Origin: Klebsormidium nitens
Taxonomy: Eukaryota > Plantae > Klebsormidiophyceae
Direction of reading: 5' to 3'
DNA length: 43,690 nucleotides
NCBI GenBank assembly: GCA_000708835.1
Contig: DF237635.1
Span: forward strand, 1 to 43,690
Of the stretch, positions 28,003 to 38,900 are shown piece by piece; positions within the stretch are counted from its first letter, which is position 1, and each line of letters begins with the position of its first letter. The notes below the pieces were generated by a model. The model was not told where the DNA came from and did no database searches. It saw only the letters and a list, made by a program, of their open reading frames with translations. Both the position numbers and the translations under genes were made by a program.

Positions 28003-31000
28003 ATGGAATCCAGCGGAGGTCTGGCGTCGCTGGCGGACCGAGAATCAGAAATGATCCAGGGGGGCTTGAGAGAGCAGCTGGTGAAGATGTCGTTTCTAAC
28101 GCCGTACCCCTGGGAAGACCCGGCGTTCCGAAAGGAGCGACGCCTGCCCAATCTGGTGAGGTTCAGGGGCTTTCGGGTGGGGATAAGCAGAGTCCCTAAT
28201 TGTTTGGTTGTGGCAGATTTTCCAGCTTGTTTTATTGGGATCTGTCCTTCCGTAATTGGGTTCCTGTCCGTCCGCATTGTTGTTGAACAAGCTTGGGTAA
28301 TCTTGTGCGCTTTCGGGCTTCATTATACATCCCCCGTTTGTCAAGACAAAGCGGACTGGAGTTGATTTCCCACAGCCCACCCGGGTGGGCTTCACTTATA
28401 ACCTGATTCTGGACAGTGGCTGTCTCTCAGAATCACAAATGAGCATTGGCAAAACTTTTACCAGCTCACATCATCACACTCGGGCAAAAGCTGCCAGAAT
28501 AAGGCATGCAAACGTGTTACTGCTTCCTGCAGAGCAAAGCAGGCACCTCATCTGAGAGGGGAGAATCATGTAACTTTGAAGAAAATCTATGCTTGGCTTT
28601 AAGGGCAGCCCGCGCTTCGCGACCCTGGCAGGACCAGTCACTGTGTGAGGGGGCAGTTCTTCTGCACTTTTGACCGTTCACCTTTCTGCAATCTCAATTT
28701 TCGAGCCACTAAGAAAAGTGTTACATCAGTCATATTTGCTTATCGTTCCTGTGTAGGAGCATTAGACACTGCCCAGCTCTTAGTGCAAGTAGTCGAGTTG
28801 CTGAACGTCGAGTGCTTGGCAACGTCAACAGAGAGTTCCACTTTTATGAGCTTGTGAAAGCTAGCCCGTCAGCATTTCCTTTCACTTGCGCCAAGGAGGA
28901 TTGAGCGAGTGGCACTGAAGTGGATACAAAACAATCGTAACCGTACAAGCCATATCATGTTCACAACATACATCTCGATTCCTGAGATTGTTGGCCCGCT
29001 GTGTGGGACTGTCAAAAACTCAAGGAATTTCTCGGTTCATGAGGAAACCGGCCATGCCAATGTCTCTGGGTCGATTGTTTGTTGACAGTCTGGTTCTCAT
29101 TCTATCAGAAACTATCAGGATATAGTTTTCCTTGAGAAAAGATGTGCTTAGGTAGGCCTTGGCTTTGGCCGACAGTCGCTTGATGACGTGACTTCGCCAA
29201 CTTCTGGCACGGTCACTAATTGGAAAAAAGACCTAAAATAGTCCTGCATAGCTTGCTTTCGTGACTCTGCCTGCGTCTTGCACGGCTGCTAACCGGATAA
29301 TGAACCCAAAATACTTTGCCATTTGCACGATAGCCGTTTTGGAGGAAGCCATCCGGAGAGAAATGTAATCTGAAAGTTCCCCGTGCGTTTGCAGCGGTAC
29401 GGCGACCAGATCCGCGCCCTGTGGGTGACTCGGTGGGACTTCTACGAGAAAGAAGACATCGCTGACATCATGCGCACCACCGCAGATGCGGGCTTCAACA
29501 CCGTCTTCTTCCAGGTAATTTTTCCACACACTCAGTGGCGTTCATTTACACGGACTGGGGGAGTCCACGGTTCAGGAAGTCGCACAGCTTTGGAATTGGA
29601 TTGCGAAGAGCGATTCTCACAGTGGAGATGCCCATTCCAAACCTGGGATGGTGTATTTGGACTGAAGCGATTGTTGAACCCCTCGAAGCGCGGAAGTCTC
29701 TAGGTTCGTTCCACGCTGAAAGCTGCTGCGTTGTGAATTCATGTTCCTTTGACAAACCCTAATGACTCCCGACTATTGTTCGATTCCTTTGCAAGTGATG
29801 CACATTTTCCTCTTCAGGCCCACAGGAGACATAGAAATAAAAATAGCGTTGTGTACTAATGCGGAACCTCCGACAGGTGCGGGGTAACGGCACGGTCCTC
29901 TTCTCGAGCCGCCTCGAGCCATGGTCGGAGGCGTATCATTACCGCCACCCTGGGTTCGACCCGTTGCAGGAAGCGATTCGAGAGGCGCACAGCCGTAACA
30001 TGGCGCTACACGCCTGGATCAACGGTGGGGAAAGCATTTCTTGGTAACTCAAGTCACGTTTCGTGTGTCGTAACCGCCTAGCATGACACAACGCGCTCCT
30101 CTTCTTTCCAGCTCGAGCGCTGGAATGAGGTCTTAAGAGTTGCCGTCGCTGTTCATCCGGGTAAGTTCGTGGAGCGTCAACTTCTTGCTGTTCGTCATTT
30201 GAACAAAGAGGCGAATGACCGGAGGGCGGAGCTGCAGCCGTGAAAAGAAGTCCTTCGTTTGTTTGCTCAGTCGATTCGTTGTTTACCAACCCAGTAGCGC
30301 AGACCTTCGTTTCTTTCAATTTCTCGCTCTTGGTTCCCCCGCTTGGTCCTGTCTGCGATGCTTCTCTCCTGCACTTTCCATTACCTCCGCCTTCTTTTTC
30401 ACATTCCTCCCGTGAAGATCTCTGTCCTTTATTGCTATTGCAGGATTGCTTGCAAGCTTTGTCTTCCGGCTTTTGGGTCTCCTTATTCGTCACGAACGGG
30501 GTCCGGAATGCAAGCGAGCCTCAGTCGATCAGATTCGTCAACCAGTTTACTTCAACTTCATTCCAAATTTCAGCCAATTCATTTGACGATCATAATCTAC
30601 AACCAGTGTGAATAAGCCCCCTTCTCTGCCAGTGATTCCCCATGTGGGCCGGTCTGCGCCCTTCTTCACACCCGAACCAACTCTGGAACAACCACCCTTT
30701 TTGGAGCCGGTTCGAGAATCTTTATTGAGGTCAAATATTTCTTCCAACTACCACCTTCCACAACTTTAGTGTGAATAAGCTCCTTCCTCTGCCAGTGATG
30801 CCCATGTGGGCCGGGCTGCGCCCCCCTTCACACCCGGACCAACTCTGGAACAAGCACCCCGAGTGGAGCTGGTTCGACCGGAACGGCGAGCGTCAGCCGT
30901 TGCAGCGGGGGTTTTACGTCAGTGCCAACCCGTGCCTCCCGGAAGTTCGCCGGCATATCTCGGCGGTGTGCCGCGAGGTCTTATCCAGGTGAGGGCATCT

Positions 31001-34000
31001 CTTATGCACAAATTGAGGCTCTTTTAAGTTCGTATCAGTAGTCTTTCTCTCTGCACGAAAGGCTTTCTTGTATAGAGAGGCGTACGCTCAACTTGTGACA
31101 CACCGGAAGGCGTTTGGCATATCCCGGCAGTCAGCCGGGAAGTCCTATGCATGGGAGCCATATGATCTCATAAGCCTCCAGCACGAGGTCCTATGGAAGC
31201 TGCCAACCACTTATGTAGGAGAGTGTTCCTTATGCGAACAGTGTACTGCTAGCCGTTTGCACTCCTGACGATACGGCGACCGATCCCGGCCGTATGCTGC
31301 AAGGTCTTGTCTAGGTGATAGCATGTTCTTACGCACTCGAGTATATCTTATAACCCCTCTGTGTCAAGGTTCTAAGAACGTACCTTAGCTCCTTACTTAA
31401 ATATAAAATTGAGCCGCTAACGAGCTGATAAGCCATTTGGCAACGCAGGTACGAGGTCGACGGCATCCACTTGGACTACATCCGCTTCCCAAATGAGTGG
31501 CCGGTCGAGAACGGGAGAGAATATCCCCGAGATGAGGTGAGAACCTGCATCTCCGACTTCTTCTTATACGTGACCTGGCATGTGTGCTAGAGCCGCTTCC
31601 GAGAATTCTCAGGGTCGAGCCGACCCTTCTTCCTCGGAAAAAGACGGCCTTGACTTTCCTGGAAAAGTTCCCAGCTGCATTTCGAGCATTATGATCACCA
31701 CCCTTGATAAAACATCGCCTCATCATCATTGCTTTCTAATATATTCTCGATTGCGCTGTTCTCTGCCGCGAACGCTGGCGTCTTCCAAGCGGACACCGTT
31801 CTGGACAGCCCCGAGAGTATTAGCATCATAATTACGACGCTTGTAGTAAGAAAATTGTTTCATCATTTGTTTCCTACTCATCCGTTATTTGTCTCAGCGC
31901 ACGACGGCGCTCTTCCACGCGGACATTGGTCTCGACCCCCGTGCGTATTAGCATCATAATTTCCGAATGTATCTCACAGTGCTTCATCGTCATTGCCATT
32001 CTATTACTTTTCGGTTGCGCTGTTCTCTGCAGCGAACGCTGGCGCTTTTCCACGCGGACACCGGTCTCGACAGCCCCGAGAGTTTTCCCGCCGTCTGGGA
32101 CCAGTGGCGCTGCGACTGCGTCACGGCGCTGCTCAAAGACATTCACCGAGGTGTGAAAAGCCTCCGGCCGGCCGCGGTACTTACCGCTGCAGTAGGGGTC
32201 CAGAAAGACGAGGCGCTCGCACGCTTTCAGGTACGTACCGGGGCAGACTTTACGTTCTTCTTGACGACAATCATCGAGGTGTGAAAAGGTTCCGGCTGGT
32301 CGCGGTACTGACCGCTGCAGTCGGTCTTTACAAAAAGGCGCTCGCGTGCTCTTAGGTACGTACCAGAGAGACTTCCTGTTTTCTGCCAATTGCGGGACCG
32401 TTTTTGTGAGTGCGGGGGTGTCGGTGGGCGTGCCGATTGGAAGCAGGATCGAGTCACCTTTTTCTTTAACCCCTTCTGGAATCGTTAGGGCGACGGCGAT
32501 CGTCCGGAAAGAAGCACTCCGCTCGCACAATCTGCTGGCACGTACCACGCACCATTTGCAGAGACGGGCGCGCTCTGGTTTTCAACGAGCAGTGCTCTGT
32601 ACGTATGCAGACTGCCAAAGGTGCAGAGGCGCTCGCACTATCACTACGGTGCTCACTGGGGCCTTCGTTGTGGCAGCGTCGTCGATCGAAGTCATTTGGG
32701 TGCCGGCTCATGAACCGTCTAGAGTGGTCTGTCGGAATTTGTAATCAGACACAATGGACTTCAGGACGTCGGAATATGGTTGATTGAGTTGAATCTGCAC
32801 TCAGGACTCTGGGGCATCGTTACAGATGCTGACATCTTCTTGTGTATATATGCAAACGATCCTCCCAATCACTTCTGTCTCTTCCAGGACGTGGAAACGT
32901 GGTGGAAGGAGCGGCTGATTGACGCCGTTATTCCGATGAACTACACGAACTGCCATCGCGACTTTCGGAGCAAGTTGGAGGCGGACTGGCGCGCGGAGTG
33001 GCGCGCGCTGTCGACATTTGCGAACTCGCTGTGGGACAGGTGCGCGCGTGCCACATGGCGCTCGCGAAAGGAACGGCTCTTGCTGCGTTTGTTCCGACTC
33101 TTCCTTCCGCTCGTTCCTGATCACGGATTCCGCTCGAGTTGCGCTGCTTTCAAGTTACGAAGACTTCTTGCGGCCACGTCCTTGTGTGTCCAATAAGGAC
33201 AGCCGTTCAGGATCCTACGAAGACTCCCCACATTCCGCAGAAGGAACAACTAGGCGAATGGCAATGCATACCAAAGGGCATCAGAAGCTAGTTTTCCGTC
33301 CGCCATTTTGCGCAGGAGCCTCAAGGTTCGCGAGCGGCCGCGCCCTCCTCGGCCGTTACGGCGCACCTTCAAACGACTGCGCGACAAGTGGCGCCACCGG
33401 CAAGAGGAGCAAGCAACCAATCCCGACGAGCCACGTGGCCACCAATGGGCGCCTCCCCCGCCGCCAGGTGTCATCGTCGGGATGTCCGTAGAGTATGGCC
33501 CGACCGCCGCGCACCAAAAGCAACTCATGCTCGCCCTTCAGCGGTTCGGGCACTTCGCTATTTTCTGCTACTCGGCGCTGTTCGAGTCGAGCCGCGCGGG
33601 AGGCGCGATTCAAAACGGGGCTCCCGCCAGGGCCCGGCGCCGAGCGGAGCTGGTGCCGTTTCTAAAAGTGCTCGCAGCGGCCGCGGAGTCGAAGACGGCC
33701 GTCGTGGCTGCGGTCGCGAGCGCGGCGCTTGGGGGGCGCATCGCACGCACGCCGACGACATCCGCGGCGGTAACGGCCGCGGTGACGGGGGCGGTATCGG
33801 TTGGGGACGAGACGGAAGACGGCGGGCGAGGGTTGGAGGAACTGCGGCGGCGGTTGCAGGGCTTTCCGATGCACCCGGAAGAGGCCGCCTTTCAGGGGGA
33901 GAAAGTGACGTCAGCGGATGCGGCGGCTGTGCTCAGCACGCTAGAGGGGGGCCAAGAGGAGGGGGGCGAAGGCCTGGAGGAACCGGTTAGCGGGGTGGTT

Positions 34001-34759
34001 AGCACGCGGTTGACGGTTGGTGGACGGTCGGTTAAGGGGCCTAACGGCGAAATCGTGACGTTTCGAAGACGGACGTTTATCAGGGGGGTGAAGGCGAGAG
34101 ATGAGAGGAAGAAGCAATTACGGGAGGCGTTTGGCAGGGCGACGAGTAAAGCGAGGGGTAGGGCGACGGGTCGCCCGAGCGGGCAGCGGCGCTCGGGCGT
34201 TAGCGAAGTGGACGGATTGGACGTCCGATTGGGGGGGGAACGAGATCAAATTGTGACACGTGTCGAGCTAGCGGGACTTGCTACCGGCAATTTGAACGGC
34301 ATGCTCTTGTCACCGGAATTTGACGATGGTGAGTTGGTCGAATCGCCACTCCTAGATCCCCAGGCAGAATCTGGGGCGACTTCAGGTGTTAATGTGGGCC
34401 CGGTAGATACTTACTTAGTTGCGGAAAGGGACGCCGAGCTGGTCGAGAGTGTGAATGCGCCCCCCGAGACGCGGGAAGATATGCAGTGGGAAGCCGCAAA
34501 GCTCAAGGCAGTCACTACTTTCGACGACGCAACGGCAAACGGGGATAAAAGCTTAGCAGATCGAATCGAAGACGAGTCTGTGGATGTCCACATAGACAGA
34601 ACGGGAGATCAAATCGAAGGGGAGGGCCGCACCGTATTGGACAGCGGTGCACCGTTCGGTCATTTATCAAGCATGCTTTTAGAAGGTGGCTTTGCGCGTT
34701 CTTTAGAAGGTTTCAGATTAAGAGCTATTACGCAGGTCCGACGGCTTCGTCAAATTTGA
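28003..34759 (+). CDS. Glycosyl hydrolase-like 10 (GHL10/DUF187, YddW/DigH family) with long C-terminal extension, ~831 aa, 8 exons
   Basis: Exons 28003-28155, 29395-29514, 29877-30024, 30796-30988, 31449-31536, 32033-32230, 32888-33039, 33316-34759 (2496 nt, phases consistent). Family motifs IRALWVTRWD, AGFNTVFFQVRGNG, LEPWS, FDPLQEAIREAHSRNMALHAWIN, HPEW, NPCLPEVR, YEVDGIHLDYIRFP, QDVETWWKERLIDAVIPMNY. The first exon and the extreme C-terminus are less certain. Confidence 0.88.
30605..30697 (+). repeat. Decayed copy of the GHL10 exon-4 acceptor and exon start, 163 nt upstream of the true one
   Basis: agtgtgaataagcccccttctctgccag|tgattccccatgtgggccggtctgcgcccttcttcacacccgaaccaactctggaacaaccaccc versus 30768-30859 agtgtgaataagctccttcctctgccag|tgatgcccatgtgggccgggctgcgccccccttcacacccggaccaactctggaacaagcaccc. 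Confidence 0.92.
31683..32080 (+). repeat. Three degenerate tandem units (~130 bp) spanning the intron-5/exon-6 junction of GHL10
   Basis: Each unit has agcat(c/t)at.at...catc.tcattg...ctctgc(a/c)gcg(a/c)acg(c/a)(t/c)ggcg...ttcca(a/c)gcggaca...tct(g/c)gac. Copies at ~31683, ~31820 and ~31948; only the third is the functional acceptor (exon starts 32033). Confidence 0.88.
32263..32364 (+). repeat. Decayed copy of the GHL10 exon-6 3' end and donor, in intron 6
   Basis: gacaatcatcgaggtgtgaaaaggttccggctggtcgcggtactgaccgctgcagtcgg...aggcgctcgcgtgctcttag|gtacgtacc versus the exon gacattcaccgaggtgtgaaaagcctccggccggccgcggtacttaccgctgcagtagg...aggcgctcgcacgctttcag|gtacgtacc. Confidence 0.92.
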
Positions 34760-35901
34760 GGTGATCTTGGCTAACAATTCCATGTCGTAGATACAGAAGA
34801 CTTGGAGGAACGACAAAACTTCCTTCGAGGCTCTAGTCTTAGAATGGACAATCAGGCATCGTTTGAAGGGCCGAGATAAAGGGCCGAAGACGAATTTGGA
34901 CTTAGCATAACCCGAGTATATCGGCGATCCAATTAATCAGATGGTTTAGTCAGGGAGATTTCGGCTTGCTTGGAGTCCTAGACGTCAATTAAAGGCTCGG
35001 TACTCAGTAGAAGGGCCCGTGATTGCATGCCACCTTGGCGACGGCATCGATTGTGCATCTTTTGGCGATGATGCTGACGTCGTGATCACAATCAACTCAC
35101 ATACATGCGCCGGCCTGCCTGCTTGTGACGCGATCATATTGCGCCATACCGCCACATGCAATCCTGGCAGGCAGCGAGTTGTAGCCCGACGATCTCAGTG
35201 ACGCGAGCACAACCGAACTTACAAATTCGGCAGGCTTGTGACGAGCTTAGACTGCACCGTTGAGGACAATAGTACATAGCTGGACAACAGCTCACATAGC
35301 TCCGGATTTACGCTCAGTGTGATCTCGCACTGCATAGGAGCTGAATGAATGATTACGATTACGAATCGATTAGTGCGACACTTGCCGGTGATCCGGTGCT
35401 CGATCAGATCTCCCGCGGGCGCGGCCCGGGCCCACCTTTTGACCGGCCGCACCATGAAGAGTAATGGGTCGTGCTGTGCATTTGCCCGTTGCCTGCATGG
35501 TGCATTTTCGGGATATACGCTTGAAGGACGACCTTGCAACCATCATTGCAGGATACTGGATACTCGAACCCAATTTCATAAGCGTTCGTTCGATGTGAGA
35601 AATAGTTGCTATTAGGACCGTTCCTAATGTACGTTTGACTTCAATGCTATACTTTACCTGTGCACATGCGCGGTGCTGGTCGACTGAAGGCTAGTCCGCT
35701 GAGCGCATCCTCCAAATCCTACGCGCGTTAACAAATCTATGATACAACTTACCAGGGCTCGTTTTGGTTCTCTTATGACGATCTATTGATCGGTTAGATC
35801 GGGCGTTCGACGCAAAGCGGGTATCGAGCATTTGAAACTGATCACCTTGTAGCTATTAGTCTATCCATTGGCAATTTGAAAACACCCCTCTACTCGCCTT
35901 T

Positions 35902-38900
35902 TCAGCTTTTCGGCAGCGACATGTCGAATAAGGCAGCATCGATCAGCAGAAACAAGCGGTCTAGGTTAAGAATAACCTCGGAATCGTCCCGTAAGACCCG
36001 GTTATCAGTTGGGTCCAATCCTGGGGGTATGAAGTATTCCCCCTCGCGAACGTCGTAGTATTGCGTCTGCAAGGCGATGGTAACTTGAGCCGCTAGACTG
36101 CCGACGCTTATGTCTGCTGTCAAATTACGATCGGAGAGCACTTCCAATGGGAAATGCACTCTTGCCCAAGAGACTCGGATACTTTAAGAAAGAAAGAAGA
36201 AGCGGAGAGGTTTTATATGGCTCCTACTGTTGTGATACCTGGATTCCGCTTGGATTTACCACAAGGAAACTGCATATGGGGCACGGAGTGCAGCGAGTCT
36301 GCAGGGACTCAATGTCCGATCTCAGATGATCGTAGATTTGGAGCGCTTTTAAAACCATTGGTGCTGACCACTTACCTTGATATGAGTTATGAAGTCCCAT
36401 AGAGAGTCGTCCATATGCTGCGTTGTACCAACTCGCGTTGTTGGGCTTGTTGCGTTCAAATACTGCACAGGAGATCGCAGAAGGTCTTTTCAGCTTCTCG
36501 AGGCGCTACGAGGAACAGAGCCGTCGGATCCTCCATCGATATTTTCTGGAAGAGTAATGGTGGGCTCAACTTATCATCACGAACGACGCTGACAACGCAA
36601 TTTGATCCCAATCATTTAATGAAACTCAAGAAAAATATAGTAAGTCGAGATGATAATATGGTAACCGCACTGGGACGGGTAGGGTTAGTCTGGTGGTTAG
36701 GGTGGGTACGGGTGCGGAGCAGGTATCTTTTTGGGTTACGATTTTAAGTGTTAGTCGGAGCTTACTATCATCTTGTCTTAAAATTATCTTTCTTGAGAGT
36801 TATAAACATTCTCCGTACCTGTGCCCACCCTACCCCCCTACTAACCCCACCCGTTCCGGGCAGGTTGTCTTATTAGCATTAACTTGAGCTCGGGATGATA
36901 TGCCCTACAAAACACTCCTTTCTTGTTTCGGGAGCCAATGGCGAAATCTCCCACATCTCCAGTATTCAGGCGGCATGACAGGCCGAAAAAGAGACTGACC
37001 TGTTAGAGGACAGTCTCTAGCAACAAGCGGATCGAATCTGCTGAAAGCACCTTGCCATTTTCGCAAGCACACCAAGAGTTTTACATTGCTTGACGTGCTA
37101 CTTACAGATAGGCAGACAACGCCGTCAGACAAGCCTGTAGCGGGTCACTCGCATCTCTAGTTTGTTTCCCAGTCGGACCAAGTGTTCAGTATGCCGATTC
37201 AGGCAGCCCTCTGAGCTTTTTTGACCAACAGATTGGACGGCAACTGCAAGACCTCGCCAGCTAAATTGGAATAGATTAAAGACACCCTGAAGCGTTTCAA
37301 GCCGTTAAACAACACCGTCTAACAAAGAAGCAACGATCCGCGACCACTGTGCGGTTGGTTGTCTCACCCAGTAGTCAGCCACAATTAGGTGGGCCCCCCT
37401 GGGCAGGAAAAAGAATAAAGACGAAGCTCCGCCAGGGGGCGAAACGACGACCGTCGATCTGGTTGTGAGCTCCAGCTGATCTCGTATCGGCATGTCTTCA
37501 ACGTTTTCGAGAACGCGAACGGACAGGCCTTCGTACCTGAGAACGAGAGATGTCGAAGAGAGTAGAGAACACAAAAAGCCATAGAAATGACAAGGCAAAC
37601 AAATCAGCTCAAACATATGAGTCAAATCACCGAATGGAAGCTGCCGTGAAAGCGACGGGAAATCAATCTGTGGTATTGCGGTGGCTCGAACTTCTTTATG
37701 CCATGATTGGCGAATCAGGAAATCGTTCGACTCCGTGCATTCCTCTGCCCAACGAGGTCAGCTCATTGATCAAAAGCCAAATCGATTTGAGTCAGATCCA
37801 ATCAACGGTCGCACTAAGTCGGATCACGAGCCGGAACCGGGATGTTTAGGATCCTGAGTCCAGCTCACCGTTTCTCTTTTCTGATGGCTGCGAAAATCTC
37901 GTCGACGTTGTGCAACCCCCGCCGGCCCGACTTGCGGAAAATGAGAATGAGGTGCTCGGTTGGCACTCTGAGCGGATCTATTCTTAGTCCTCTCAAGAGG
38001 GAGTTCCGAAACTCCCACAGGGAGGCAGCCCGGCTGTAACGGATGGTTTGCGAGTGCTTTCCGGCAATGCACCCACTGCAACGGAGGAGGTGCAGAGCAG
38101 AGATTTACTAGCACGGACTTGATGTGAAAACTTCTTCAGGTTTTTCTGAGAAGAGATATCTGGATTTTCGGGACTGGATTCGAGACAAAGCGCAATCAGA
38201 ACCATTGAAAGTACAGATGACCGGTTTGAAGAGCCTTTATTTTCCGACGACCTTTCTGGGCCTTTACAAACGACCAAGCCTGGACCCTTTCTCCCACGCC
38301 AGTCTGGCCGGGGCCTCGATTTTCCGTCAAAACCGGACGCCAGAACCAATGGTCAACTTTCGACCAAAATGGAAAAGTAAACCGTTGCTTGTTGTTTGAG
38401 CATACTGAAGCCTAGAGCTTCGGAAAAGCCCACATAATAGATTAGTTGGCAGGCCACACTCAGATGGGCAGAAGAAAGAACGAACCCTTTTGTTGGTCAG
38501 CGCTGAAGATGAACGTCAGGCTCACCTGTTGCCTGTTCCGATCAGCAGCTGCTCGAAGCAGACGATGTCCCCTTGCCCGCCGTACTTGGCTTTGATTCCT
38601 TCGAATCCCATGACTTCCTGGTCGGAGATGCCCCGCCAAAAAGAGTCGCTGAATTTTTGACACGTGCGCCTTGTCGCAGCTGCAACAATTGAGCGACGTG
38701 TTCAGTCATCCCATCGAAGCAGATTTGGCTGGCACAGAAAGTAGAGTCGCGCTCTGAATGTAAGAGACCCATTTTGAGGCGTACCATGACAATACACCGG
38801 TTCGGGCGGGAGTCTACATCAATCAGACGTGGATTTTGAGAGTCAAGAGCATAGCGGAAGGGGCTTTGAGATGTTTCCCTCGAAATGACCTTTGTGCAGT

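Noticed and set aside
31683-32364. CRISPR-like interpretation of the spaced direct repeats
   Set aside because: Eukaryotic intron context; the repeats are long, degenerate copies of exon sequence rather than constant 25-45 bp repeats with unique spacers, and there are no cas genes.
31874-32548. 224 aa minus-strand ORF
   Set aside because: Antisense to GHL10 exon 6 and its duplicated copies; no recognisable domain or splice context.
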